Part shown: positions 1 to 9,332 of the stretch, in pieces | How the letters are laid out: every line of letters starts with the position of its first letter | Numbering within the stretch: position 1 is the stretch's first letter | Virus record (IMG/VR): IMGVR_UViG_2914436621_000001 | Span: 53,490-117,489 of that record | Source of the DNA: a virus | Taxonomy: Duplodnaviria; Caudoviricetes | Length of the DNA stretch: 64,000 nucleotides | Reading direction: 5' to 3' (one strand) | Notes under the pieces: generated by a model | Told to the model about the DNA's origin: nothing | Database searches by the model: none | Seen by the model: the letters and a program-made list of their open reading frames with translations, nothing else | Position numbers and translations under genes: made by a program

Positions 1-81
1 CGACACGAATTCAATTACCCCTTCGCGAAGAATTAGGAGGCTTATGAAAGCACACAATCAACTTGTCGGGAGGGCTTCGTA

Positions 82-2094
82 ATGGTCGCTTCCGCTGAAA
101 AGGATATTCGTAAAAAGTTTTCCGTTGGCGCGACGTTGCTCGACAGGAACGGGAGAGTGGGGAAGGTGACAAAACACATCAGTAGCGCCCTGCTCGAAAT
201 TAGCTGGCAGGGTGAGGCTCCCACCAAGCATCATCGGGATTCGATCACATCTCTAGATGTCCGTGAAATCGAACAACTCAGCGCGGATGAACAGGGTGAG
301 GCTCCCGAAGTGGCTCCTATTCAAAAATTCCGAAGAGACGATCGCGTCTTCCCGTCCAAACCCGTCGAGGTCAGCGCCGTTGCCGTTTACCAGGGCGAAG
401 CTTACTACAGCGAAGGCAAGCAAGGCGCATGGCGCACCGCTACTCCAGACGACATCAAAAACCTAAAAAAGGGCGATCGCGTCTCAATAGCCAACCAAAA
501 CTGGGTCTACACCTATGTGCGATGGGATTCAGTTGAGGCTGAAGCTGTAGTGAAATTTGTGGGCTACAACTTTCGCACCCGGATTCCGGTGGCAAAACTT
601 CAGGTGGAGGGGTTGAAAACGCCTGAACCAGAGACTTTTCATGACAACGATGTCGCTGAGGGCGAGGTGATCGCCCTTGCTGAACCTAGCAAAGTTCCGG
701 AAGAGGAGCCGCCTGGGGATATTAACGCTGCTTTGCTGGCAGCACTAAAAAGCGATAAGTGGAAGGAATTTCAGGATCAAGGAGCTAGCGATGAGCAATT
801 GAAGTGGGCGATCGCTGACCATTTTGGGATTGAAGTAGGCAGCTCTAGCCCACACTGGTGGCGCGCCAAAGGCGGTAAAAATCCCAGGTTTTGGAACCGA
901 TCATCGTCCCAGGGTAAGCCTGATTTGCAAGGCAAAGCGCTGGTGGCGCGAGTGAGGGAGTTGCTAGGGATTCCTAAATTAAGCGATCGCCCTGCCACAG
1001 TTGAAGACCCTGTATCCTCTCTAGAGCCAATTCATCAACAGATTGCGCGACTAGCAACTGTTCCCTCTAACTGTCACGGCGACGAACTTGCGCTACGTCA
1101 AGGCTGGAAGCTTGATTTGCAAGGTAAAGCGCCAGTGGGAGCGATCGCTACCGATAATAAGCCCCTAACTATTATTGAAAGCCCTACTGAATCGATAACA
1201 AGGCTTGATGCCCTCGCCACCGAAATCAACGCCCTCTACGGACAGTTAGAGGAAGCGGAGGAAGTCGCCAGCAGCGCCGCCCGTAGCGCTCTCACCTTTG
1301 CCCGTGAGATGGGGCAAAAGCTGCTAGAGGCTAAGAAACAATGTGGGCACGGCAACTGGGAGGAATGGCGCAAACAACTCGTTTCATCCCGCTCTGGCAA
1401 GCCGCTCCCCAGCTCCACGGCCAGCCTCTACCAGCGCATCGCCAAACGTTGGGAGGAGGTTGAGCAGGCCGAAACCCTTAGAGATGCGGCTGCACTGCTG
1501 AAGAGCGATCGCCAACTCTCATCATCTGTAAATAAATCCACTTCCAAATCCGCAACGGAAGTGTCGATGGTTGCGGATTTGAAGAAAGAGGTGGTGCCAG
1601 CCGAGCAAATCGTCAGCGTCACTCACTCCGGCTGGATACAAACCAAAGAAGGGCGATCGCTAAACCCTGAACACTACGAACCGGAACAACCGCTGGTCTG
1701 CAAACCCTCTATCACACCGGAGGAGTTTAACCGAGAGATGACAGCAGACAACTGTTTTAGCGGTTGCCATAGCTGTAGGCACCGGATGCTGGCAGGCAGC
1801 GGCGATCGCTACCGCTGCGAGATGGATGAGTTTGGTGAGGGAATCAAAACTCTCTCGCTCAAAGAAAACTGGTTTGAGCTAAACGAAGGGTGCAAAAACT
1901 ACAGCGGAGGTGGCACTCAGCCCACTATGGCGATCGCCACCACTAATAGTTGCGCTGGGATGCCAGCCATTCAAAAAGCGGTTTGGGAATGGCTAAACCT
2001 CAACGGAATTGAGGCCGATGAGGTTGCTGCCAGCAACGCGGCTGATGCGATTTATGAATACCTACACGGCCAATTTCTGGAGGTTGAAGACTGA
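82..2094 (+). CDS. Multidomain early protein with DUF3102-like helical domain
   Basis: 670 aa ORF; segment AREMGQKLLEAKKQCGHGNWEEW...ASLYQRIA resembles DUF3102; C-terminal Cys cluster CHSCRH...C...C. Confidence 0.6.
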   Translation: MVASAEKDIRKKFSVGATLLDRNGRVGKVTKHISSALLEISWQGEAPTKHHRDSITSLDVREIEQLSADEQGEAPEVAPIQKFRRDDRVFPSKPVEVSAVAVYQGEAYYSEGKQGAWRTATPDDIKNLKKGDRVSIANQNWVYTYVRWDSVEAEAVVKFVGYNFRTRIPVAKLQVEGLKTPEPETFHDNDVAEGEVIALAEPSKVPEEEPPGDINAALLAALKSDKWKEFQDQGASDEQLKWAIADHFGIEVGSSSPHWWRAKGGKNPRFWNRSSSQGKPDLQGKALVARVRELLGIPKLSDRPATVEDPVSSLEPIHQQIARLATVPSNCHGDELALRQGWKLDLQGKAPVGAIATDNKPLTIIESPTESITRLDALATEINALYGQLEEAEEVASSAARSALTFAREMGQKLLEAKKQCGHGNWEEWRKQLVSSRSGKPLPSSTASLYQRIAKRWEEVEQAETLRDAAALLKSDRQLSSSVNKSTSKSATEVSMVADLKKEVVPAEQIVSVTHSGWIQTKEGRSLNPEHYEPEQPLVCKPSITPEEFNREMTADNCFSGCHSCRHRMLAGSGDRYRCEMDEFGEGIKTLSLKENWFELNEGCKNYSGGGTQPTMAIATTNSCAGMPAIQKAVWEWLNLNGIEADEVAASNAADAIYEYLHGQFLEVED

Positions 2095-2095
2095 T

Positions 2096-2320
2096 ATGCA
2101 TAAACTCAGAATTTTTCTATGGGCCGCACTTCATCATGAGCAGTTCCGATACTGCTATCTGATTCTGCCGATCACCATTCGGTTCTATCAGGCACAGCCA
2201 CACACATGGAGGTTAGAACTCAGGCTGCAAACTTTCTCAACCTACGTTCCTTGGACTGTCCAGAGCGCCTATCTCGGAGCCAAAGGATACAAGCCTGACC
2301 TTGAAGACATCCCGTTCTAG
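2096..2320 (+). CDS. Hypothetical protein
   Basis: ATG 1 nt after upstream stop, ends EDIPF; operon-like packing. Confidence 0.5.
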   Translation: MHKLRIFLWAALHHEQFRYCYLILPITIRFYQAQPHTWRLELRLQTFSTYVPWTVQSAYLGAKGYKPDLEDIPF

Positions 2321-2328
2321 CCGCAGCC

Positions 2329-2673
2329 ATGCCGAACTCCAGATATGACCCCTCAGACTCCCGATACTGGGAGGAACCTGAAAGCAACGAAGACCTAGAT
2401 CCAGGCTACTACTACGCTGAAGACCACTACGACGAGGACGACGATTCAATGAACACGTTAATTGAAAAACAAGCAGAAATTATCCAAACCCTTCAAGCAA
2501 AAGCGCTTGAAGATCCTTCGCCACAGACAATCGCATCATTGACCGCTGCAACATTGGCATTGAAAAACTTGCTAGAGATTAAGCAGGTAGTGGATCGCGA
2601 TGGTTTGCCTACCGTTGAGGAATTGGTGGGGATTTTGGCCGATAGAAATAAGAAGGGCGATCGCAATGACTAA
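2329..2673 (+). CDS. Hypothetical protein (acidic N-terminus)
   Basis: ORF tightly packed in + strand early operon. Confidence 0.55.
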   Translation: MPNSRYDPSDSRYWEEPESNEDLDPGYYYAEDHYDEDDDSMNTLIEKQAEIIQTLQAKALEDPSPQTIASLTAATLALKNLLEIKQVVDRDGLPTVEELVGILADRNKKGDRND

Positions 2674-2884
2674 GCAAGGAGCAGCTTATGAATTCGGAGA
2701 AATTGTAAAAACGCCACACAACGAACTAGGGGAGGTTATTGGCATTTGGAAGGACGGTGCGCGGTGGCGTTACAGACTTAAATACCTTCACCATTGGACG
2801 GATTCGTGGTGGAAGGAAGACCAGCTTACCCGCGCCACTATTAATCAGGAACAACAGAGGATAGAGGAGGGCGATCGCCAGTGA
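2666..2884 (+). CDS. Small SH3-like hypothetical protein
   Basis: ATG at 2666 overlapping previous gene with AAGGG upstream; pattern FGEIVK...GEVIGI...WRYRL. Confidence 0.55.
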   Translation: MTKQGAAYEFGEIVKTPHNELGEVIGIWKDGARWRYRLKYLHHWTDSWWKEDQLTRATINQEQQRIEEGDRQ

Positions 2885-3222
2885 CCAAACCCAACATCGG
2901 AGAATTAAATCAACGGCTAGCCCTGCTGGAAGCTCAACAAGAATGGATCACTGCCATTCTTCAGGCGTATGGCATACAGGGAGTATGGCTCTCACCAGGT
3001 AAGGCAGCCAGCATCCTCGGAGTCACCCGCGATCGCATCATGGGCGAGATCCGCCGCGCCGAGCGGTTGAGAGCCGTCCGCAAAAGAGGGGATTGTCTAT
3101 ATGATGTCCATTACCGTGACGATCGAGATCCAGAAGAAGGCGTGGAGCCTGTCTGGAAAGCAAACATCATCGAATTTCGCAAACTCCTGGCAATCCCACC
3201 CGATGAACGAAAACTGCCCTAA
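2881..3222 (+). CDS. Putative excisionase / recombination directionality factor (HTH)
   Basis: WLSPGKAASILGVTRDRI HTH motif; convergent with and overlapping the integrase end. Confidence 0.6.
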   Translation: MTKPNIGELNQRLALLEAQQEWITAILQAYGIQGVWLSPGKAASILGVTRDRIMGEIRRAERLRAVRKRGDCLYDVHYRDDRDPEEGVEPVWKANIIEFRKLLAIPPDERKLP

Positions 3223-4313
3223 GAACGCCGCCTCATTACCTCCTGATACACCTTCAGATAGGGTTGTTCTCCCCACCACGCCCGATATTTAGTCAGATGA
3301 GTGTCAAGGCTGTGCCCCATTGACTTAGCGAGAAAGTCTGGCGGGAAACCAAACTCAAACCCGCGCCGAGCATAACAATGGCGCAAATCATAGGGAGTGA
3401 ATCCAACCTCAAGTTGGCGAAATCTTTGAGAAAGAGACATCCCTAATTGATTGTTATTTCGCCCCTCGATCTTTATGGATGGAATCTGATAATTTTGAAC
3501 ATCAAATTCCCAAAAGTCGGCGGGAATTGGGAAGGCGGTATGTTGTCCAGTTTTGGTTTCTTCTGGAACTTCCAACACCGCTGGCTCCTGGCCTAGTCGG
3601 TCGGTATGCACCACAAACGCTTCATGAGGGCGCAAACCATAAACGCACAAAGCATCGTAAAGCCACACCCAGCCGTAAGATTGAAATTTTTTTCTAGCCG
3701 CAGCGATGAGGCGATCGCTAGGCAGATCTCGTGGATTAACCGATCTAGACGCAGAATATCCCTTACCCATCTCCTTCAGGTCATCCGCCCCTACCAGCTC
3801 AGCAAACTCTGCCAGCAGTCGAAACGCCATTGCATATCCCTGCCTGCTTCGAGTTCCTGGATCGCTGCGCTCCAAAATAATTCGCTTCAACAGCTCCAGG
3901 CTCAACGGCTCATCTAGCGGTAGGTGACGAAACTTCAGTTCATAATCCTTGTGCCACGAATTGAGCGTGGAAGGAGTTTGTTTGGTATTGTTCCAATGAT
4001 GATCTGTAAACTTCTCAACCCACTCCCCTACTGTCTCGGAGGGTTTTTGCTTGCCCTTGAGATAGGGCGTCCAGTCAAATTTCTCCTTAATTAGTTGACT
4101 TTCCATCTCCTGAGCAATGGCGAACGCCATCCGCAACCCAGCAAACGTAGCTGGCTTACCCGCACTAATCTCGTAAGATTTAGCATGACTACCGTCCCCT
4201 GGCTTTGGCGGAAATGTGCCACGAATCGATAGCCGTTTACCTCTAATGCGAATGCTGACCAACGACAAGAGTTGGTTGGTTTCGGCCAGACGCTCATCAA
4301 ATCCAGTTCCCAT
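3219..4313 (-). CDS. int: Tyrosine integrase
   Basis: Catalytic motifs YGLRPHE, KTG, YDLRHCYA, MGHS...Y; adjacent to tRNA-derived att core. Confidence 0.93.
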   Translation of the reverse strand: MGTGFDERLAETNQLLSLVSIRIRGKRLSIRGTFPPKPGDGSHAKSYEISAGKPATFAGLRMAFAIAQEMESQLIKEKFDWTPYLKGKQKPSETVGEWVEKFTDHHWNNTKQTPSTLNSWHKDYELKFRHLPLDEPLSLELLKRIILERSDPGTRSRQGYAMAFRLLAEFAELVGADDLKEMGKGYSASRSVNPRDLPSDRLIAAARKKFQSYGWVWLYDALCVYGLRPHEAFVVHTDRLGQEPAVLEVPEETKTGQHTAFPIPADFWEFDVQNYQIPSIKIEGRNNNQLGMSLSQRFRQLEVGFTPYDLRHCYARRGFEFGFPPDFLAKSMGHSLDTHLTKYRAWWGEQPYLKVYQEVMRRRS

Positions 4314-4550
4314 TTGCCCAAAATTTGCCCAAAAAATAACCTCAGACAGACCTAGTTTTTGATTAAAAACCTATTCTGTCTGAGGCAAGCTTAAGGCTAA
4401 AACCTAGAAACGGAGAGGGAGGGATTCGAACCCTCGGATACCCCTAAAGGCATCAACAGATTAGCAATCTACTCAACAATTCTTCTAAGGCTTGATGCAG
4501 AAGCCTTGTGAAAATTGCCAAAAAACAAATTCCCCCATTTCTCCCCCAAA
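4312..4550. promoter_or_regulatory. attP region with putative integrase arm-type repeats
   Basis: Tandem ATTTGCCCAAA x2 at about 4312-4333 and related ATTGCCAAAA / TCCCCCA(AA) motifs at about 4514-4550 flanking the tRNA core. Confidence 0.55.
4411..4470 (-). other. attP core: 3' half of tRNA-Ser(GCT) (anticodon arm, long variable arm, T arm, acceptor 3' strand)
   Basis: Minus strand reads AGATTGCTAATCTGTTGATGCCTTTAGGGGTATCCGAGGGTTCGAATCCCTCCCTCTCCG; the 5' half (acceptor 5' strand, D arm) is absent. Confidence 0.88.
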
Positions 4551-4650
4551 TAGGGTGTTTTAAGCCCTTCACATCTGTCGCTATTCGGGGGTGTGGGGCG
4601 CTAGTCGAGCTAATTGAGCGGATCGCTCCGCCGCTCTAGGCCGGGTAAGC

Positions 4651-5331
4651 TTACAACAAAATTTGATGGTTGCTCTGCACATATTTGTCAGCGATCGCAT
4701 TAATCAGTTCCTCCCACCTAATTTCATCGTCGTGAAAGAGGAGAAGCTGTTGAGCGAGATCGGCGGCAATGAATCGAGCGTAATGATTGGGATGCTTAAG
4801 GGTCTGAATCCCAACAAGATCGCAGAGATAAGCAAACCGAACGCGAACTCGAATGGTCTTTGTGAGGGGATCGGGAATCCTTGCCACCTCAACCAATGCA
4901 AGAATATGCGTCGGTGTCGGATGGCGACGAGCGGAAAGTGCGACATCCCAAGATGCTCTAACACTTCCCGGCTCAAGGGATCGGCGCTCTCCAGCTCCGT
5001 TAGGTGATGCCGTCCATCTAACCTGATCGCAGGTAAGGAGTAGGTCATATTGCCCTTGATAGGCTGGGATGAATCGGTAAGTGGCCGCAGCTCCCGCCAC
5101 CGATCGCTTGAGTCGATGGAGAACTCCGAGATTGGATTGCCAGCTTCGTTCGACGGAGACAGTTTCTCGTTGCGATCGTCTGGCGAGTCGCTTAATCCAT
5201 CGGAGTAGTCGCGTGAGCCAGTCATTGTTGTGTTGTGCCACTATCGTCGGGCATGGTTGGGCTTGAGATGGCACGATCGACCGGGGCGATCGTCTGTGCA
5301 ATTTTTTCATCCAATGAGCGGGTTGGAGCAA
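4651..5331 (-). CDS. Hypothetical protein at end of late operon (start and frame uncertain)
   Basis: Two overlapping long minus-strand ORFs (4651-5331 and 4704-5225); this frame looks more globular. Confidence 0.4.
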   Translation of the reverse strand: MLQPAHWMKKLHRRSPRSIVPSQAQPCPTIVAQHNNDWLTRLLRWIKRLARRSQRETVSVERSWQSNLGVLHRLKRSVAGAAATYRFIPAYQGQYDLLLTCDQVRWTASPNGAGERRSLEPGSVRASWDVALSARRHPTPTHILALVEVARIPDPLTKTIRVRVRFAYLCDLVGIQTLKHPNHYARFIAADLAQQLLLFHDDEIRWEELINAIADKYVQSNHQILL

Positions 5332-5479
5332 GCCACGCGCCCGTCATAACCGTCAGGCCAAGCGAGATTTGAGCCGACGGGTCGTAGTCGGAAACCAGAT
5401 TGGATTTGTGCAGGGCTTGCGCGATGATCAGCAATCCTGCTACAACCCCAAAAGACTCCACTGAGAGAAATTTACGCAT
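5222..5479 (-). CDS. Putative holin / small two-TM membrane protein
   Basis: MRKFLSVESFGVVAGLLIIAQAL...ISLGLTVMTGAWLA: two hydrophobic segments, 85 aa, after tail fibre genes. Confidence 0.45.
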   Translation of the reverse strand: MRKFLSVESFGVVAGLLIIAQALHKSNLVSDYDPSAQISLGLTVMTGAWLAPTRSLDEKIAQTIAPVDRAISSPTMPDDSGTTQQ

Positions 5480-5483
5480 TGTT

Positions 5484-6002
5484 CTAGGGGATAGGTTGGA
5501 GATCAAAATCGTCTGGATTGAAGCCGTGGATTTCGAGGCGCGATCGCAGCCATTCCAGCTCTTCGGCTGTGAAGTCTCCAATGCCCGCAATGCCTCGCAA
5601 TCCATCACGAACATCAGCAATAGCAGTCGCGAAATCGCTCAGATGATGGGTGGTCGTCAGGGTGCCATAGAGCAAAGTGAACGCTTTATTCGCCTTTAAA
5701 GTTCGCCCCGCTCCTTCGTAGACCTTTGCCCAAGGCATCGATCGTCGCAGATCCTCAACTAGGCCATCCCAATTCTGTAAAGGCATAGGAACCGGAAGTG
5801 GAGGCAATTCCCAACTGCTCTCATTCCAGTAGTGTAGTGAGCTGGGTTGAGGCGGTTTTGCAACAACTGCCGTGCCGTCAAAATAAGCTTCTGCGGGTTC
5901 TAGCTCTTCACCTTCTGCTAAAGCAAATCCCACAGGCAGCACCTCAGGCTTGGTGTCCATCGGCGGACTTACCACCTGATTATCAGCAATGAAATACCAC
6001 AT
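5484..6002 (-). CDS. Tail fibre assembly/chaperone-like protein
   Basis: Follows fibre genes; AYFDGTAVVAKPPQPSSLHYWN..W pattern typical of fibre-associated proteins. Confidence 0.55.
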   Translation of the reverse strand: MWYFIADNQVVSPPMDTKPEVLPVGFALAEGEELEPAEAYFDGTAVVAKPPQPSSLHYWNESSWELPPLPVPMPLQNWDGLVEDLRRSMPWAKVYEGAGRTLKANKAFTLLYGTLTTTHHLSDFATAIADVRDGLRGIAGIGDFTAEELEWLRSRLEIHGFNPDDFDLQPIP

Positions 6003-6003
6003 A

Positions 6004-7338
6004 TCAGCCCACCGGTAAGAGAGTTCGATTTGTTAGCAGGCCAGCGACTCCAGCTCCTTGGTGGCTGCCACCTGCCCCACCAAAGCCACCACCACCACCG
6101 CCTGCATAGCCTGTTCCCGTGCTTGTGCCAGCAGTCCCACCTGTCAGCAGAATTGTTCCTGATGGAGAATTGTTGGGCGACAGAAAAGCGCCATGCCCAC
6201 CACCGCCACCGCCACCACCAAAACTGCCAGAACTGCCAGTTCCGCCAACAGCGTTGCTGCCATTGCCACCGCGCACGTCAACGGTTGAGCCTGCTTGCAG
6301 CGTGATCGAGATGAGCGATTTTACAAGCACCAACCCACCAGAACCACCTCCTGATCCGCCAAGGGTTCCAGATGACGTGCCTAGCGTTCCAACAACGGCA
6401 TTGCCGCCTCTAGCGAGAATCGAGCCGGTTGATCCCAGGATGAATGCTCCAGCGCAATCAAAAATCAATGTTCCGCCCGCATCTCCCCCCTTCGAACCAG
6501 AACCGCCTGTTCCGACGGCAGTTAAGAAGATCGTGCCGTTTGCGCCGCTTGATCCAATTGGATTGAGGAAGTAGTTGTAGGCGCTACCACCAAACACCTC
6601 GCCACCCAAACCGCTGCCTAAGCCAGGGTTGGCAACAATAATTGTGTTGGCGTAGGCGAGTGTTCTTGCCCCGGCTCCTGCTAGGGATGTCGTAACATTT
6701 ATCGTGCCATTGATAGTGCAGGTGCCACTGATATGGATCTTTGCGCCAGCAGAGATGGTCAGGGTGGCAGCAGATTCAATCGTGAAGTTGCGAAAGTAAT
6801 ACTCGCCCTGGTTAAACGTGGCGGTTGTGGTGAGCAAATAATCGCCTTGATCCCCACTCCCCCCAAAAACTCGGATTGCTTCTGCTCGGGGTAGTACCGG
6901 CTGTGCATCTCTCGGAAAAGCAGGGACGATCGCAGTAACAACGCCTGCCACCGTCGTCACTTGCGCTAGTGGTACAGACGCGACAGGACGTAGGATGGCT
7001 GTACTGACAACGCCAGTTGTGGAAATGAAGACAAAAGAGGTGCTGTTGTCAGGCAGTGCTAAAGCCCCTGGAGCAATGGTGGTGATCGCCCCGTTAGGCA
7101 GCGTGATCGCACCTCCGGTATGGTTGATGCTTAAACCGATACCAGCCGTGACCTTGAGCACGTCCCTGAACGTGCGCCATTCCTGCTTGATCTGCCCTGC
7201 CGCATTGCTCAGTTCATCGTCGGTAAGTCGAGGGTAATGCCCATCGATATCTTGGTCGTCGAAGACAAGGTTTTGGATGGCATTAAACCAAGCTGCATAA
7301 GCCCTAGAGCCATTGGCGTAGACTGTTTTCGCCATCAA
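6004..7338 (-). CDS. Glycine-rich tail fibre / receptor-binding protein
   Basis: Gly-rich C-terminal repeats (GGSGGGSGG, GGGGGGGGH); position after baseplate genes. Confidence 0.75.
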   Translation of the reverse strand: MMAKTVYANGSRAYAAWFNAIQNLVFDDQDIDGHYPRLTDDELSNAAGQIKQEWRTFRDVLKVTAGIGLSINHTGGAITLPNGAITTIAPGALALPDNSTSFVFISTTGVVSTAILRPVASVPLAQVTTVAGVVTAIVPAFPRDAQPVLPRAEAIRVFGGSGDQGDYLLTTTATFNQGEYYFRNFTIESAATLTISAGAKIHISGTCTINGTINVTTSLAGAGARTLAYANTIIVANPGLGSGLGGEVFGGSAYNYFLNPIGSSGANGTIFLTAVGTGGSGSKGGDAGGTLIFDCAGAFILGSTGSILARGGNAVVGTLGTSSGTLGGSGGGSGGLVLVKSLISITLQAGSTVDVRGGNGSNAVGGTGSSGSFGGGGGGGGHGAFLSPNNSPSGTILLTGGTAGTSTGTGYAGGGGGGFGGAGGSHQGAGVAGLLTNRTLLPVG

Positions 7339-8711
7339 TCAATTCTCCATAACTCAACTTCGGTAAAGATTTCGGAAATAGTTGCTTCCCCGCACGCTCC
7401 TCCCAAACCGCTGCCTGCGAAGGCATTAAGGCAGTAATGGCGGATCTCAAAGTCGGTATTTGCAGCGATCGTAAAAGTGCCTTGCAGCAAGGAAAGGGAG
7501 GCTACTACATCAGTCGAGTTAGAGTAGCTTGGCTTGCCATCGATCGTTCGCGTCGAACTAGTTGCATTCCACAGAAAAATTCGATGAGCGTTAACCGCAA
7601 TTCCGGGAGCAGACGCAAAAATGCGGTACGTGCCAGCTCTTAAGGTGAAGCGGTTTGAACTCAGGTTGGTGACATCGCCTGAGTTGGTAACAATCGAGTT
7701 CAGGGTTCGAGTCTGAATTCCTGCAAATGCTGACCCACCGTTTGTTCCTGATGCCTTACTATCCACAATTCGGGAATAGCGATGAACGCTATCTTTCACA
7801 AACTTGCAGTTCGCAACCCTCCCTCCATTCGTGGCGATCGCCACGTTCTGATCCTGATTGGGAGTAGTCGGGTTGCCCGTCAAAGCAGCATTGTTCAGCC
7901 GACTGACGATTTCTGCAACTGTAAATGCTGTTGTTGCCAGTCGGGTTGTGTTATTCCCAACGGTTTGTGTTGGAGCAGTCGGATTCCCTGTTAATGCCGC
8001 ATTGGCTAGGGGTGCTAGCGTCACCAGAAAATCTCGCACCGCATTCGCACTGGGTGCCCACAGCGCTCCATCCCACCCGGCTGAATTGAAGGCCGTATCC
8101 TGCCCCCCGGTGCCCCCTGAATCACCTTTCGCGCCAGATTGCATCCAGTTTGAGTTAGCGATCGCGGGTGTTTGGCCTGCGGCTGGAGTGGCGCTAATCC
8201 AAATCCAGCTCGATCCCGCATAAGAAACGCAGTCGTCAAGCTGATAGTGAGTTGCAGCGTTATATTCCCCCAGGTACCTCGGCCCACCTCGTAATGCTGC
8301 GGCGTATTGCTGATTTGTGGTCAACAGCCGCGCCAACCGAGCGATCGCCGTATCCAGGGAATCGGTGCTAACGCCAGTGGGAATCAGCTCTGAGAAGTCA
8401 ACCGATGCCAAATTCGGGACAAAAGCGTGAAAGTCAATCAGCGGATCGTTGTCTAATCCGGTTTCAGTTGCAGCATTTGTTGCCCAAAACTGGAAATGAT
8501 AGGTGACTCGCGCCGTCTCACTTTCGTGCAGGTTGATGTTGAGGTTGCTAGCAGTGGCAGCGATTGCAAACTTGTACAGGCGCGGCAAGACAGTGGTGTG
8601 AGGCGTTGTGGACGAATTCACAACTGCGCTATCAGCCTGCACCCAAAGTTGACCCGCTAGAAGCTGCCCTCCAGAATCCTGAAGAGTGCCTTTAATATTG
8701 CAAAGGGACAT
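7335..8711 (-). CDS. Tail fibre protein
   Basis: Repeated ALTGNPTAPT/ALTGNPTTP and RLATTAF fibre motifs; CBM-like YNAATHY..DDCVSYAGSSW segment. Confidence 0.8.
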   Translation of the reverse strand: MSLCNIKGTLQDSGGQLLAGQLWVQADSAVVNSSTTPHTTVLPRLYKFAIAATASNLNINLHESETARVTYHFQFWATNAATETGLDNDPLIDFHAFVPNLASVDFSELIPTGVSTDSLDTAIARLARLLTTNQQYAAALRGGPRYLGEYNAATHYQLDDCVSYAGSSWIWISATPAAGQTPAIANSNWMQSGAKGDSGGTGGQDTAFNSAGWDGALWAPSANAVRDFLVTLAPLANAALTGNPTAPTQTVGNNTTRLATTAFTVAEIVSRLNNAALTGNPTTPNQDQNVAIATNGGRVANCKFVKDSVHRYSRIVDSKASGTNGGSAFAGIQTRTLNSIVTNSGDVTNLSSNRFTLRAGTYRIFASAPGIAVNAHRIFLWNATSSTRTIDGKPSYSNSTDVVASLSLLQGTFTIAANTDFEIRHYCLNAFAGSGLGGACGEATISEIFTEVELWRID

Positions 8712-8714
8712 TTG

Positions 8715-9332
8715 TTAAGCCTCAAAAACCGGATCACCGCAGGCGCTGAAACCCACGTAAAAAGCGTCGTAACAGACCAGCGAATCGCAAAACGCAGGGG
8801 AATAAAGCCGATTCAGCTTCTCTGCCAGCTTGAACTCGGAACTCTCCCGCAGATATTTCAGTGGCAGCAGGAGATAATAAACCCATTCCGGGCTGCCCAA
8901 CGTGCCTGGTAGTTCAGAAATGCCAACCAGGAATGAAGCTCCCAGCCAAACTTCATGATCGATATCAAATAGCTCAAGCAGGTAGGCTAAGACAACCTCG
9001 CTGCCTTTGTTTGCCCAGATATCAACGCCGTCGAAGGCGTTGGCAATGAGCGATCGCTTCACCTCGTCTGACCACGCCTTATCCCAGTACTCGCCAGTGA
9101 ACCCGCAGAGCAGTCTCAGGAAATCCAGCCATGCCGGATCGCAAGTCGCGGGATTGAGCTGTCGGGGCAGATCGCCAACGGTAGTTTTGGTTGCAATTAG
9201 GAGTTCATCAAAGTAGACCGTTAACCAGTCTGCGATCGGTTCTCCTTCTTCTTTGCGGTAACCCTCATTGACTCCCGGCAGGCGGCTATAGATGGGGCGA
9301 CCGGATTGCCACGCTTCATAGGTGCTAGACAT
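8715..9332 (-). CDS. Baseplate wedge / phage tail protein I-like
   Basis: LNPATCDPAWLDFL...KGS motif; directly downstream of baseplate J. Confidence 0.8.
   Translation of the reverse strand: MSSTYEAWQSGRPIYSRLPGVNEGYRKEEGEPIADWLTVYFDELLIATKTTVGDLPRQLNPATCDPAWLDFLRLLCGFTGEYWDKAWSDEVKRSLIANAFDGVDIWANKGSEVVLAYLLELFDIDHEVWLGASFLVGISELPGTLGSPEWVYYLLLPLKYLRESSEFKLAEKLNRLYSPAFCDSLVCYDAFYVGFSACGDPVFEA

Noticed and set aside
4411-4470. Complete tRNA-Ser gene
   Set aside because: The 5' acceptor strand and D arm are missing; interpreted as att core.
4704-5225. Alternative ORF overlapping 4651-5331
   Set aside because: Low-complexity Ser-rich translation and less protein-like, though its ATGA coupling means it cannot be fully excluded.
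6030-7237. Pro/His-rich + strand ORFs (6030-6305, 6119-6574, 6995-7237)
   Set aside because: Antisense shadows of the Gly-rich fibre gene.
6004-8711. Diversity-generating retroelement or invertible fibre cassette
   Set aside because: No reverse transcriptase, template/variable repeat pair or inverted fibre copies seen.
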